A DNA stretch of 64,000 nucleotides from Octopus vulgaris (GCA_951406725.2 OX597823.1:7068001-7132000), one strand, 5' to 3'; positions 1-11,560 are shown, counted from the first letter of the stretch. The notes: a model not told the origin generated them from the letters alone. Made by a program: numbers and translations.

Positions 1-565
1 ATACATACATATATATATATATATAAATGTAACTTATGCATTCTTTATATAATTATATATATATATTCATGCATACACATACATGGGCATATGCACAAAT
101 ATAATATTAGATGTGTGTGTATATATACGTACATGTATGTTTCCATAAATATATATGTGTGTACATGTAGGTGTATGTATTTATATATAAGTATACCTAT
201 ATATGTGCATGTGTTTATACACACATACACACACACACACACATATATATACATACGTTTATTTGTGTGTGTGTGTGTATGAGTGTACATGTGTGTGTAT
301 ATGTATGTATGTATGTACGTATGTACGTATGTATATATGTGTGTATGTATTTATGTATGTATGTATGTATTTATGTATGTATGTATTTATGTTTGTATGT
401 ATGTATGTATGTATGTATGTTTTTATGTATGTATGTATGTATGCATGTATGTATGTATATATGTATGCATGTATGTATAAATATATATGGGTACTTATTC
501 ATTTATAAATACATACGTGTATGCATATATGTATGTGTGTATGTAGGTATGCATATAAGCATAGA
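1..565. repeat. Compound (TA)n/(CA)n/(TATG)n microsatellite
   Basis: Directly visible simple repeats; source of the YIYI/VCMY ORFs. Confidence 0.95.
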
Positions 566-639
566 TGTATATTTTTCTTTATATTCTTAGAATAATAAAA
601 TACTAATTCAACAAATCAAGTACATTTATTCTAATAAAA

Positions 640-1340
640 ATTTATTTTATTGAAATACAAGATATTTATAGTTGATCTGTAATTTCAAGAACTATTTGCC
701 AGGTATTTTCTAAAACTGTCTTTTTAAACCTATAATTAATATCAATTTGATGTTTTATGCTGTTCTCTAAGGAGTTTGTTTGTCATGTCTTATTGTTGAT
801 AGTATTTTGTGCTTATCCAATAATTTGTTTCCCTTGTTCATCATTGGTATTGATATAATGCAATTTATTCGTTTTCTGTATCTCATTCACAACTTCTGCG
901 TCTACACTTTATTTTTAAACAATACCTTCATTAATACTTGTGCATCACTTGAATATTTTTTTTGTTACTATCAAATAAACTTCCTCTGTGTTTGTGTTTC
1001 TTTTTTATGCAGCATTCGCTGATATGCTTCTTTATATTTATTTAGATATAGCTTGTATTCATTTTTATTGAAGTTGCAGACTGAATTTTTAATAATCTCA
1101 TCAATGAATTCATCTTCGTTAAATATTTTTAGCTGTTTTAATACTTCCTGAACACTTAATTGAATCATTGAAAGTTTTTGGAACACTTCTAAAGCTAGCT
1201 TGCACCATAACATTTTGCTATTTCCCGATCAACTAGAAAAATAATTGATTATTTACCTTCTATTACTGCTACCTATCTGCTTCCGTAGAACTCTATAATC
1301 AAAATTAGTTTCAGTCTGCAAAGTCATTTCAATAAAAAAA
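640..1340 (-). pseudogene. Decayed A-rich coding remnant, possibly LINE ORF2 linker or other TE ORF
   Basis: ORF 971-1213 (LKIFNEDEFIDEIIKNSV...KKETQ) is protein-like and reads on through stops; A-rich on the minus strand; no diagnostic motif. Confidence 0.25.
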
Positions 1341-1368
1341 ATGTTTGGGACATATTTTAGTGATCCTC

Positions 1369-1785
1369 GGCTGTGTGGTAAGTAGCTTGCTAACCAACCA
1401 CATGGTTCCGGGTTCAGTCCCACTGCGTGGCATCTTGGGCAAGTGTCTTCTGCTATGGCACTGGGCCGACCAATGCCTTGTGAGTGGATTTGGTAGACGG
1501 AAACTGAAAGAAGCCTGTCGTATATGTATATATATATGTGCATGTGTGTGTGTTTGTGTGTCTGTGTTTGTCCCCCAAGCATTACTTGACAACCGATGCT
1601 GGTGTGTTTATGTCCCCGTAACTTAGCGGTTCGGCAAAAGAGACCGATAGAATAAGTACTGGGCTTACAAAGAATAAGTCCTGGGGTCGATTTGCTCGAC
1701 TAAAGGCGGTGCTCCAGCATGGCCGCAGTCAAATGACTGAAACAAGTTAAAGAGTAAAAGAGTAAAAGAGTAAAGAGTAAAGAGT
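1369..1785 (+). mobile_element. SINE family A (tRNA-like head, CORE-like TTGGGCAAGTGTC segment, internal microsatellite, LINE-derived tail), slightly 5'-truncated
   Basis: GGCTGTGTGGTAAG head, GGTTCAGTCCC B-box-like motif, GGCGGTGCTCCAGCATGGCC tail, (AAAGAGT)n end; more than 15 related copies in the window. Confidence 0.9.
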
Positions 1786-1797
1786 ATATATTAAGTT

Positions 1798-1903
1798 CAG
1801 GTGTAGCTGTGCAGTAAGATGTTTGCTCTGCAACCACATGGTTCCAAGTTCAGTTCCACTGCATGACACCTTGACTAAGTGTCTTCTACTATAGTCCCAG
1901 GCT
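1798..1903 (+). mobile_element. SINE family A head fragment, diverged
   Basis: CAACCACATGGTTCCAAGTTCAGTTCCACTG...GTGTCTTCTACTATAG. Confidence 0.75.
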
Positions 1904-1904
1904 G

Positions 1905-2040
1905 TATTAGTATAACACTCAGGAAATTGAAAAAGTCTTTTACATTTCGAGCCTACGCTCTTCTACAGAAAGGGACACAGAAAAAACAAGGAGAGAGAAA
2001 AAATGCGTGTAGTGGCTACCAATCTATCATGGCTACTGAT
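1905..2040 (-). mobile_element. Penelope-like pLTR fragment with degenerate minimal hammerhead motif (1937-1972)
   Basis: Minus strand CTTT-CTGTAGA-A-GAGC-GTAG-GCTC-GAAA-TGTA-AAAG; stems I and II pair, core deviates from CUGANGA. Confidence 0.45.
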
Positions 2041-2051
2041 CTATATTATGT

Positions 2052-2089
<38 letters not shown>

Positions 2090-2093
2090 AAAA

Positions 2094-2203
2094 ATATAAA
2101 TTAGAGATAGAACCACTATTAGGCAACTCAGTGATAGACATGTTTTGGTTTATGTCTATCACTGTTTGAGTTGCATAATAGTGGTTTTATCTCTAATTTA
2201 TAT
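2094..2203. repeat. Near-perfect inverted repeat, about 48-52 bp arms and 10-nt loop
   Basis: TAAATTAGAGATAGAACCACTATT...GTGATAGACAT / ATGTCTATCAC...AATAGTGGTTTTATCTCTAATTTA; the same terminus recurs at 17278. Confidence 0.85.
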
Positions 2204-2344
2204 ATATTATATATTTATATTGTGAAATTTGATTTAATACTAAATTGAATTTTTCCCTGTAAGTTTGGAGTTATACTCCCTAATATTATTATTATTATAT
2301 ATATATATATGTTTGTGTGTGTGTGTGTGTGTGTGTATGTGTGC

Positions 2345-2540
2345 CTATGTTTGTGTATCCTTGTATTTGTGTTTGTCCTCCACCACCTCTTGACAGCTGC
2401 GTTTTGGTAAAAGAGATCAATACAATAAGAACCCAGCTTTAGAATATAAGTGCTAACGTCAATTTGCTCCACTAAACCTTTCAAGGCATTGCCCCACCAT
2501 GGCCATAATCAAGTAGACTGAAACAGGTAAAGGATAAAAA
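2345..2540 (+). mobile_element. SINE family A 3' half, diverged
   Basis: GTGTTTGTCC...TGCCCCACCATGGCC...GACTGAAACAGGTAAAGG. Confidence 0.65.
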
Positions 2541-3382
2541 TTAAGACATTTCACACTTAATCGTTTCAATTTATAAGAAAAACATTTATTTTAGGAGAAA
2601 AAAGCCTCAGCTCTCCACACTGTTGAATATGAGATTCAGACACTTCAACTTCTGCTAAATAAATTGAATTCCTTTCTCTTCTTCTTTACTCTAAAGTTTC
2701 AACTTGAAGCTACAGGTAACTTACATCGATGAATCTAATCACACTTTTTTTGATATTCCTTCCCAACTTATTTATTATTATCTTGATTAATCCAAAAATA
2801 TATATTAAATTTTTAATGAAGAGACAATTTAAAAAAATTGGTAACAAACAGACAGCTTCATCTTTCATAAAGTAAAATTTCAAAGTAAAAAAAACATGTT
2901 TTAAAGTGTTTTTTTTTCAATTCTTTCTAACTTCTAATTTAATAATTTCACTGTTTATGTTCAAATATAATTTTATGATGATTTCTATTATTAATAAAGA
3001 GTACTTTTTTAAAAAAAAGTTTGCTTTCAATTTACTTCTTGTTATTTTACTATGTTATCTGTAATTTTGTATTTCACTTTTAAAATGTTTATGTCAGCTG
3101 TTCTTTTATATTAATGTCATTCTATTATTAGCAGAAAACAGTATTTATGAAATAATATTCTTGATATAATTTCTAAATTAGGAGTAGAATACTAGAAACA
3201 AGTATCTTTTCATGAAACAAGTATCTTTTCATGGAAACGACAGTAATATCGTTTGAACTCAAATTATCTAGTAAAATGATCAAACTATTGTAAAATAGAT
3301 TTTTATACTGACTCTTTTGAAATAATAATAGTTACAGTTAATGAATTATTTTAAACCAAAATTTTATTATATATTTACACAG

Positions 3383-3414
<32 letters not shown>

Positions 3415-3599
3415 ATGCACACACACATACACACACAATATATATATAGTCTCAGAGCAAATCACTTGCCTGACAAATACACATCCAATATATACCTATT
3501 AGACATTTAAAAAATGCACAAAAGCTGCTAATGTCACAAAAGTCAACAGTTATTATTTGGTGTTTTTGATTGGCTAATATGTGTCTTCAATATTAATCA

Positions 3600-3637
3600 T
3601 AATATATATACACACACACACACACACGTATGCATAT

Positions 3638-3682
<45 letters not shown>

Positions 3683-3686
3683 CATT

Positions 3687-3762
<76 letters not shown>
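3600..3762. repeat. (TA)n/(CA)n microsatellite
   Basis: Directly visible. Confidence 0.95.
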
Positions 3763-3766
<4 letters not shown>

Positions 3767-4738
3767 TTATAAAATGAGATAGGGGTTGAAAATTCAACCC
3801 ACCATGGGATAATATATATCCAATATACTGCCAGATAGGTACCCAACAAGACTAATACATAGATGTTAAAAATTGTCAAACAATCAGTTCATCTATTGTA
3901 TTATATGGGTAAAGGTAATAATATTACCGTAAATTAATACTACAAAATTAGAGAATGGAGAAACATACTTAAATCAATAAAACATCAACTATCAGATGAT
4001 ACCCAATCAATACTTTAATACACCATTACATATCAGTAAAGGCATTATACAAAATATACAGTAAGAGTAAATAGACAAAGAGATATAAGTAAAAAATTTC
4101 AAATATAATATGTAATTAAATCAAATCTGACAGCTGTTTCGGCAGTGAGGGCAGTCATACCTCATTTAACCTATAAGCCATAAAGGCAGGTATAAATGAG
4201 GCATTAACAAGGATGCCCCACGGCCTCTTCAGAGAATTAAATTAAATTTGTTATAATTGTGAAAAATATTATTTAACCATATACATATAAATATAAAAAT
4301 ATAAAAATGTAAAATATAAAAACTTATACATCATAATGCTACACTTATATAATATAATACTCATTGGTACAATAATGGAAGGTAAACAGAACAAAATAAA
4401 ACAAAATATATATCAGTGTATATATTAATATTAATAAGCACCGATATTATACATATTTGGCTAATAGTTTTTTAATGCCTCATTTATACCTGCCTTTATG
4501 GCTTATAGGTTAAATGAGGTATGACTGCCCTCACTGCCGAAACAGCTGTCAGATTTGATTTAATTACATATTATATTTGAAATTTTTTACTTATATCTCT
4601 TTGTCTATTTACTCTTACTGTATATTTTGTATAATGCCTTTACTGATATGTAATGGTGTATTAAAGTATTGATTGGGTATCATCTGATAGTTGATGTTTT
4701 ATTGATTTAAGTATGTTTCTCCATTCTCTAATTTTGTA
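3763..4738 (-). mobile_element. Penelope-like pseudo-LTR element with inverted duplication, inserted in (TA)n
   Basis: 267-bp inverted arms 3941-4207 and 4472-4738, hammerhead motif, TA tracts on both sides. Confidence 0.65.
4123..4238 (-). ncRNA. Type I hammerhead ribozyme motif with extended stem II
   Basis: Minus strand AATTCT-CTGAAGA-GGC...GCC-GAAA-CAGCTG-TC-AGATTT; complete core, GUC triplet, palindromic stem III ACAGCUGU. Confidence 0.8.
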
Positions 4739-5262
4739 TTATATATATATATATATACACATCATCATCATCATCATCATCATCGTTTAGCGTATATATT
4801 TATATACATATATATAGAGAGAGTGAGAGAGAGATATGCATACATACATACATACATACATACATACATACATACATACATACATACATACATACATACA
4901 TAAATGGTGGCTGCATCTCAATTTTGAGGAATGTCATCATTTGATTATTCTCTTAAAGCAACACATATGTGGCTCTGCAGTCCTGTTAGGGATCTATAGT
5001 CTTTTACACAGATGTGGCAATGAGGGGCGCACCTCTTGCAACAGGTGTTCAGTGAATTGACCATCCATACTGGCATATAATTTCCTTCCATCATGGACTT
5101 TTTCTTTCAGTGTTTTCCCTTTTTAGGCTATGGTCAGCCATAATATGCAATACACAACAGAGATGTTCAAAATCAAACTGCCTGTGCCTGAAGCATTTCA
5201 AAGAGAAGAAAGGCTTTGCACAGGACCAGTCCCACTCTCAAGATGTTAGCTTTTGCCTAAAA

Positions 5263-5695
5263 CAGGGGTCACGAAACTACAGCCCGTGGGCTGGATCTGG
5301 CCTATGAGATCAGTTCACCTGATTCACTGCCGCACTACTTTTTGTGTAAGTACCTGCAATGAGAGTTCATTTGCCTCTGGTATGGCATCAGTGTTTGGAA
5401 CAACTTATGTCTGTGAGCAAACAGTTTCAAAAATGAAGTATGTGAAGTCAGCACATCTCACTAACCTTTTTTGTTACTTAGTTTGTGAGATTCAGATATG
5501 TGCACACTAGGTGTGATGAAGCTATCTTATTGCTAATGATGCCTTCTTTGCTAACTTCTTGGTAAATACATGTGTTGATTGTCTTTATTTTTTTGTGTAT
5601 TCACTGTATTGTATTAAGCAAAATGGTTATGTGGCCCACACTCATCATTCTCCCAGTTATCTGGCCTGCCATGAAAAAAAAATTGGTGACCCCTG
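5263..5695 (+). mobile_element. Non-autonomous hAT (Charlie/SPIN-like) DNA transposon
   Basis: TIR CAGGGGTCAC/GTGACCCCTG; 8-bp TSD GCCTAAAA at 5255-5262 and 5696-5703; internal SVFGTTYVCEQTVSKMKYVKS resembles the hAT C-terminal dimerisation region. Confidence 0.9.
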
Positions 5696-5971
5696 GCCTA
5701 AAACAAAGAACTAATCTACATCATTAGGTGCAAAGTCACAGGTGTTATGTCTGAGTTTTTTTCCTCCTAGATTGATGTCTAAAGAAAAATTAGGGGGTCT
5801 CTCACACCCAAGTTTTCTTTTTTGCCCTGATGAGTGTCCAACAAATCCCTGCCCCCAACCTGCTTCTTACCAAGCAGGCTGGTTTAGTTGCTGATGGCAT
5901 ATCCATGAGAGTTGTACTGGATCACATATTACCAGTAGCACTAGGAGTCAGCTGACATATATACACACATG

Positions 5972-6414
5972 AAATGCACCATTTGAGTGTGATCGTTACC
6001 AGCGTCATCTTACTGGCACTCAAGCCCCATGCTAGTAGGGTGCTAAGAGCACCATCTGAGCATGATCGTTGCCAGAGTGGCTAACTGGCCTCCGTGCCGG
6101 TGGCATGTAAAAGGCACCATTCGAGCATGATCGTTACCAGCATCACCTTACTGGCACCTGTGCCGGTGGCATGTGTAAAAGATTTGAGCTAGGTCGTTGC
6201 CAGTACTGCCTGACTGGTCTCATGCCAGTGGTACATAAAATGCACCCACTACACTCTCGGAGTGGTTGGCATTAGGAAGGGCATCCAGCTGTAGAAACCA
6301 TGCCAAATCAAGATTGAAGCCTGGTGCAGTCATCTGGTTCGCCAGCCCTCAGTCAAGTCGTCCAACCCATGCCAGCATAGAAAGCAGACGTTAAACGATG
6401 ATGATGATGATGAT
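5972..6414 (+). mobile_element. RTE 3'-UTR-type retroelement (family C) with tandem internal units
   Basis: Repeated GTGCCGGTGGCA units, AGGAAGGGCATCCAGCTGTAGAAA, (GAT)n tail; homologous to the RTE 3' end at 49450-49755. Confidence 0.85.
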
Positions 6415-7397
6415 ATTAACACTCATAGATACACAAGCGGCTATAAAATACACATATTTTTAATCATATATATGCTAATAGCACATATCTGTGTATAGCT
6501 ATTAAAATATCTCATGCATTTTCTACAACTAAGTAGATATCTGTTTCTCTATACTAACTACTGCCATAGTATTAATATCTTAGTCATTATCTTTATCATC
6601 TTCATACTCATCTGTAATTTCACTAAAACAGAGCAACTACACTGACTCAATGGAAGGTTAACATCAAATTGCTAAGGTCTAATGTGTGTTTAGCACTTCT
6701 GTTATGTAATATTTTATTTGTTTCTCACAAATTGAAACAGATCATGATCTTCAATGCTTATGAAAAAGAAACATAAATATATTTTTTCTAACTTCAAGAG
6801 ACCTTGTTAGCTTGTTTATAGTTAATATCTTGTGCAATATTCATCAGTAAACTGTCTAGTGTTTTTGTCTGTTTGTTTTTTTTTTATATTAATGGAATTA
6901 TTTATATTCTGCTTGTTTTATTATAAACACCGTAAAATATTTATTTGTAAACATTGCTCTGAAATTGTATTGTTTTTTAAGCAAAAATAAAGCAATTTTA
7001 AGTCCTCCATGAGATCAATTAAGATTATCTATGCTGTCAAAAAAAAAAAAAAGGAAAAAAAAAGAGATAAAGAAACTATATTACATTGTTTGAGTAATTT
7101 CTAATGTTGATTAGAGACAACTACATCAACAGAATGTTAGCCTGGATTCTTTAGATTAAGTAAAGTTTATCTTCCATCTTTGTAGTGATTAACGTAATGA
7201 AACCTAATAATATACTTTAATTGATCAGTTGTTGATCAGTTGATTAAATGAGTAAAATCACTCAACAATAAAAGATTTTGTCTAATGAAAAGAAATCGGT
7301 TTTGTTTAATCTGCATACACCTTACTTCATGTATGATAGAGCAGAGAGACCAATGATTAAAACCATCCCAGTTTTGACCATCTAAACTTGTATTATA

Positions 7398-7662
7398 TAA
7401 TAATAATGAAATTATTGTATACGGTGTTCAGGTGCACCACAACTTGTCAGAAAGTGCATATAAAGTACATGCAGTAATGTACAAATGTCTGGAAAGCGAA
7501 CAATGTATGAGTCAGATACATGCTTGTATGTGTATGGAGGGGAGAAAATCAGGTGTAGTGTTGGCGAATCTCAGGAAGCATGGAAGTTTTGAAGGATGCA
7601 GTGCTCCGACAACTAACAACTGATGCCGGCAGTTTGTTCCATGCTTCAACAACTCTTAGCGT
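7398..7662 (-). mobile_element. CR1-group LINE 3' fragment, copy 1
   Basis: TLRVVEAWNKLPASVV ORF2 C-terminus, (ATT)n tail. Confidence 0.85.
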
Positions 7663-7684
7663 ATGTTTTACATACCTTTTGTAA

Positions 7685-8165
7685 ATAATAATAATAATAA
7701 TAATGAAATTATTGTATACAGTGCTCGGGTGCACCACAACTTGTCAAAAGTGCATATAAAGTACATGCAGTAATGTAAAAATGTCTGGAAAGCGAACAAT
7801 GTATGAGTCAGATACATGCTTGTGTGTGTATGGAGGGGAGAAAATCAGGTGTAGTGTTGGCGAATCTCAGGAAGCATGGAAGTCTTGAAGGATGCAGTGC
7901 TCCGACAACTAACAACTGATGCTGGCAGTTTGTTCCATGCTTCAGCAACTCTCAGCGTGAAAAAATGTTTCCTGAAGTCATGGGAGCTGTGCTGTTTTCT
8001 GACTTTGTAAATATGTCCACGGGTGTTAGATGGGTGGAGTTTGAAAAGGTGCTCAGAGTTATTGCTTGTACGATGGTTGATAATTTTATGGGTGTCTGCC
8101 AAGCCAGCTGCCAGACGTCGGAGTTTCAGTGTATCCATGCCCAGGGAAGTAAGGTGTTCAAACAG
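7685..8165 (-). mobile_element. CR1-group LINE 3' fragment, copy 2
   Basis: ORF 7845-8198 TLKLRRL...SNTRGH...RKHFFTLRVAEAWNKLP, typical CR1 ORF2 C-terminus; (ATT)n tail. Confidence 0.88.
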
Positions 8166-8495
8166 TGTAGCTAGGATAACTTTAGCCAATGTATCCATCC
8201 CTTTTATGATGGTAGCATGTGAACTGAGGGGGATTTAGCTACTATTTTTATTATCTTCAGTGACAAAATAGAAACTCCTTTTATTATGAGTTGTAGTTTT
8301 TGTTATGTCAAAGTTGCAACGGTTTCAGTTCCAGATTTTAACCATTTCCATTCACTTGCATCACTCATGCTTTTATACATTTATCTATTCCCTTTGCTAC
8401 ATCAGTCTATTTCAGATTCGGTTCTATGTTCAGAATAAAGAAAATAAAATTATTATTTTGTTTAGTTTTCAATAAAGAAATATATTTGCTTTGAT

Positions 8496-9180
8496 TATGT
8501 GGCAAGACATTTGCTTCCCAACCACATGGTTGCAGGTTCAATCCTGCTGCATGGCATCTTGGCTAAGTGTTCTCCTACTATAGCCCCAGGCTGACCAAAA
8601 CCTTGTGAGTGAAAGAAACTTAAAGAAGCCCATTGTATATACAGTCATGGCCAAAAGTTTTGAACATAGGTCTGAAAATTATAATTTTTATATTAAATGC
8701 CCTAAGTTATATTTAATTTGCGATATGTTATTGCTACTTACAGTAATGTGGTGTGTACAACAATTTTAATTTAAAAACAAATGTTCCAAACTTTTGGCCA
8801 CGACTGTACATATATAAATATCGGGTGTTTTCACACCTTACCATAAGAAAAATATTTTCTTTACAGTAACTGCAGTGAATCTGCCTTTTAGTAGTTGAAG
8901 TATATCACAAACATATTTTAACTAACCTAAACTTTGCTCATATATATATTTACATGTGTGTCTCTTTGTGGTTGTGTTTGTCTCTCACAATTGCTTGACA
9001 ACTGGTATCAGTTTGTTTATGTCCTTGTAACTTAGCAGTTCAGCAAAAAAGATTATATATACCAGGCTTAAAAAGAATTAGTACTGGGGTCGATTTGTTC
9101 ATCTGAACCTTGAAGTTGGTGCCCCAGCATATTCGTACAGTTCAATGACTGAAAGAAGTAAAAGTTAAATGATAAAAGCT
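8496..9180 (+). mobile_element. Diverged SINE family A interrupted by a Tc1 MITE
   Basis: Head about 8496-8635 and tail half about 8960-9180 match family A. Confidence 0.75.
8642..8806. mobile_element. Tc1/mariner-type MITE, 165 bp
   Basis: 26-bp TIRs CAGTCATGGCCAAAAGTTTTGAACAT with 2 mismatches; TA on both sides. Confidence 0.9.
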
Positions 9181-10239
9181 ATTCGCTCTGCTAAAGAAAA
9201 GCAAAGACAACTCCAGTGAAGTTTTAATCTTATTAGAACTCTTTAGCAAAATGAAATTTTACCAGTATTTGCTCAATCCTGAATGACTGAGAAATATAAA
9301 GTTTTTTTTTTTAATTAATGAATATTGTCAGATGCTGAACAGAATTAATCATTAAATCTAATGATGTTTGTCTTCTCATTATGAATATAATTTCAATTAA
9401 TTATATGTTTGATAGGGGAGTGTTTTCACTACATTTATTACCTTAGCCTCCACTTGACTTTGTTTTTTCATGCAGAGGTCATCCATGGCTAATTTCACCC
9501 TTTCCTTCTGTCTCTCATTTGATTTCATAAGAAGGAAATAAATTTGAGCTAACAGAAATATATAAATATATTTATTTTTATTAATATAATATGTAAATTT
9601 TGAGAGTTAGTGTTTCTTTTCTTTTCTTTTCTTTTTTACTGCAAATGATGTAATTGTAAGCATATTTATCATTTACAAACAATTACTTGATAATTTAAAA
9701 TGATCTCTAGCCTTGTTTCTAATTCATTTTATTATATATCACATTTAGTATTATATGTTTATAATTTGTTGATATTTCTTTCAGTTATTTATAAGAAGTA
9801 ATTCTTTATTTATATTTTGTTTAATATTTTATTATTTAGCTTCAGTTAAGTTTTTCTCTGCAATCTAGATTTGCCTATGTTTCTTGGTTGTACAGTACCG
9901 TTTTGTCATTGAATAACTGAGTAGTCTCAAATCTGCTAGATGTTACTGATTTTGTGTTTAGCATTTAAATAATTTATGATGGTGAGTATACAATCACTTT
10001 TTATTATATTCTATAGTATATACCTGTTGTATTAGTGCTCTACAATTTTATCTCTTTGTTAATGATGAACATAGTGATTTGCAGTGATATCTTAAATAAT
10101 ATAAACATAATCTGTACACATGTCTAGCTGACCCATAAGCAGACATATCTTGTGTATGCTTTGTTATTATTGTTATTATCATCATCATCATCATCATCAT
10201 TATTATTATTAGTAGTAGTAGTAGTAGTAGTAGTATTAT

Positions 10240-10665
10240 TTTTTTTCTTCTTTCAAATTTGCTTCCATTTCTTGCCGAGCGTCTTCCCGACTCCTAGGGT
10301 AAAGAAACTCATAGTATACATTGGTAGGCCATTAAACCAAACTCAATAGTTCGTTCATTTTTTTTAAATTTATTTTTTCAATTTTTTTATTATTATTATT
10401 ATTATCATCATTATTATTATTAAGTGAGAGATCAGTGCATGCCATCAGAGTGACACTAAAATAAAATATACGAAGCCCAGTATACCCATCATGACTACCC
10501 ATCTGATAAAAGTACACCAGGTACATGCATCACAACCATATGCACACGACATGGTGATCTCATATCAAGATAAACAGTGCATGACCTTACAGGTGGGATC
10601 CCATTAGAATTTTCTTCCGGTTGAGTAACCCATCCTGCTCAAAAGGTCCCTGAGTTGTTTAAGGA
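10240..10665 (-). mobile_element. Two adjacent non-LTR retroelement 3'-end fragments, family unresolved
   Basis: Higher-complexity segments each abutting A/(AAT)n-type tails on the minus strand. Confidence 0.35.
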
Positions 10666-10689
10666 TTATCATTATCATTATTATTATTG

Positions 10690-11560
10690 ATTTGACTCAG
10701 GTTCGGTCTTATTCCTGGCAGGATTTATGTGGATAGTGGGTTGCTACCTGTAACCTTAGGTATCCACTAGCTCTCAATAGTCTTTCAAGTGCTCAAAACC
10801 ATCCTGATAATCTTGACTGTCTCTAAGAGGCAAACTTTCTGTAGAAGCTCTATGGGACATTCTATTCCAATCTCCTTCAACCATTTGTCTATATCTTTGC
10901 TTACAGTTACCAATACACCAATTATTATAGGCATAAGCTTTACAGTTTTCATATTCCAAATTCTTGCAATTTCAAATTTTAAGGGATGGTACTTTTTTGC
11001 TTTTCAACTTTCTTTACAATCCTGCAATCAACTGGACATGATGGATCATCAATTAGTAAGCAACTTCGCTTATCCTTGTCTATTATTGTTGTCTGTTCCA
11101 TTATTTTCTAGCTTCATGTCTGTTTGAAAAGGCAAGTCCCACAAAATCTTACAATTCTCCCACTCAAGCACTCTCTTTGACTTGATGTTCTTACCATGTA
11201 TCTCCAGCTTCAAGTCCCTGTTTTTGGCAAAGTTTTGAGTGTAAAACTTTCACGACTTGGCAATGCCTCCATATCTTATATTCTTCCTGTGCCGTATTTC
11301 GTCTGCCGTTACGTTCCGAGTTCAAATTCCGTCGAGGTCGACTTTGCCTTTCATCCTTTTGGGGGTCGATAAATTAAGTACCAGTTACGCACTGGGGTCG
11401 ATGTAATCGACTTAATCCCTTTGTCTGTCCTTGTTTGTCTCCTCTGTATTTAGCCCCTTGTGGGTAGTAAAGAAATATATATTCTACCTGTGCCAACTTG
11501 GAACATTCTGCAACAATGTGTGCCACTATCTCATTCGAAGACAGTTGTATGAGACACTTC
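10690..11560 (-). mobile_element. R4/Dong-like (RLE-endonuclease) LINE 3' fragment, decayed, interrupted by SINE B
   Basis: Minus-strand frames give VAHIVAECSKLAQ (CCHC knuckle region), KILWDLPFQTD, KYHPLKFEIARIW, PIIIG, LLQKVCLL. Confidence 0.8.
11294..11477 (+). mobile_element. SINE family B, 5'-truncated, with 17-bp TSD
   Basis: GAGTTCAAATTCC...GCCTTTCATCCTTT...GGGGTCGATAAATTAAGTACCAG; TSD TATATTCT(T/A)CCTGTGCC at 11277-11293 and 11478-11494. Confidence 0.9.

Noticed and set aside
45-590. Long ORFs such as 171-590, 44653-45333 and 38701-39048
   Set aside because: Translations of (TA)n/(TACA)n/(CA)n microsatellites, not genes
1329-1592. Recurrent ORFs such as [19 protein letters not shown] and FYGWMPFLTPTTP as a gene family
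   Set aside because: Antisense translations of SINE A and family C repeats
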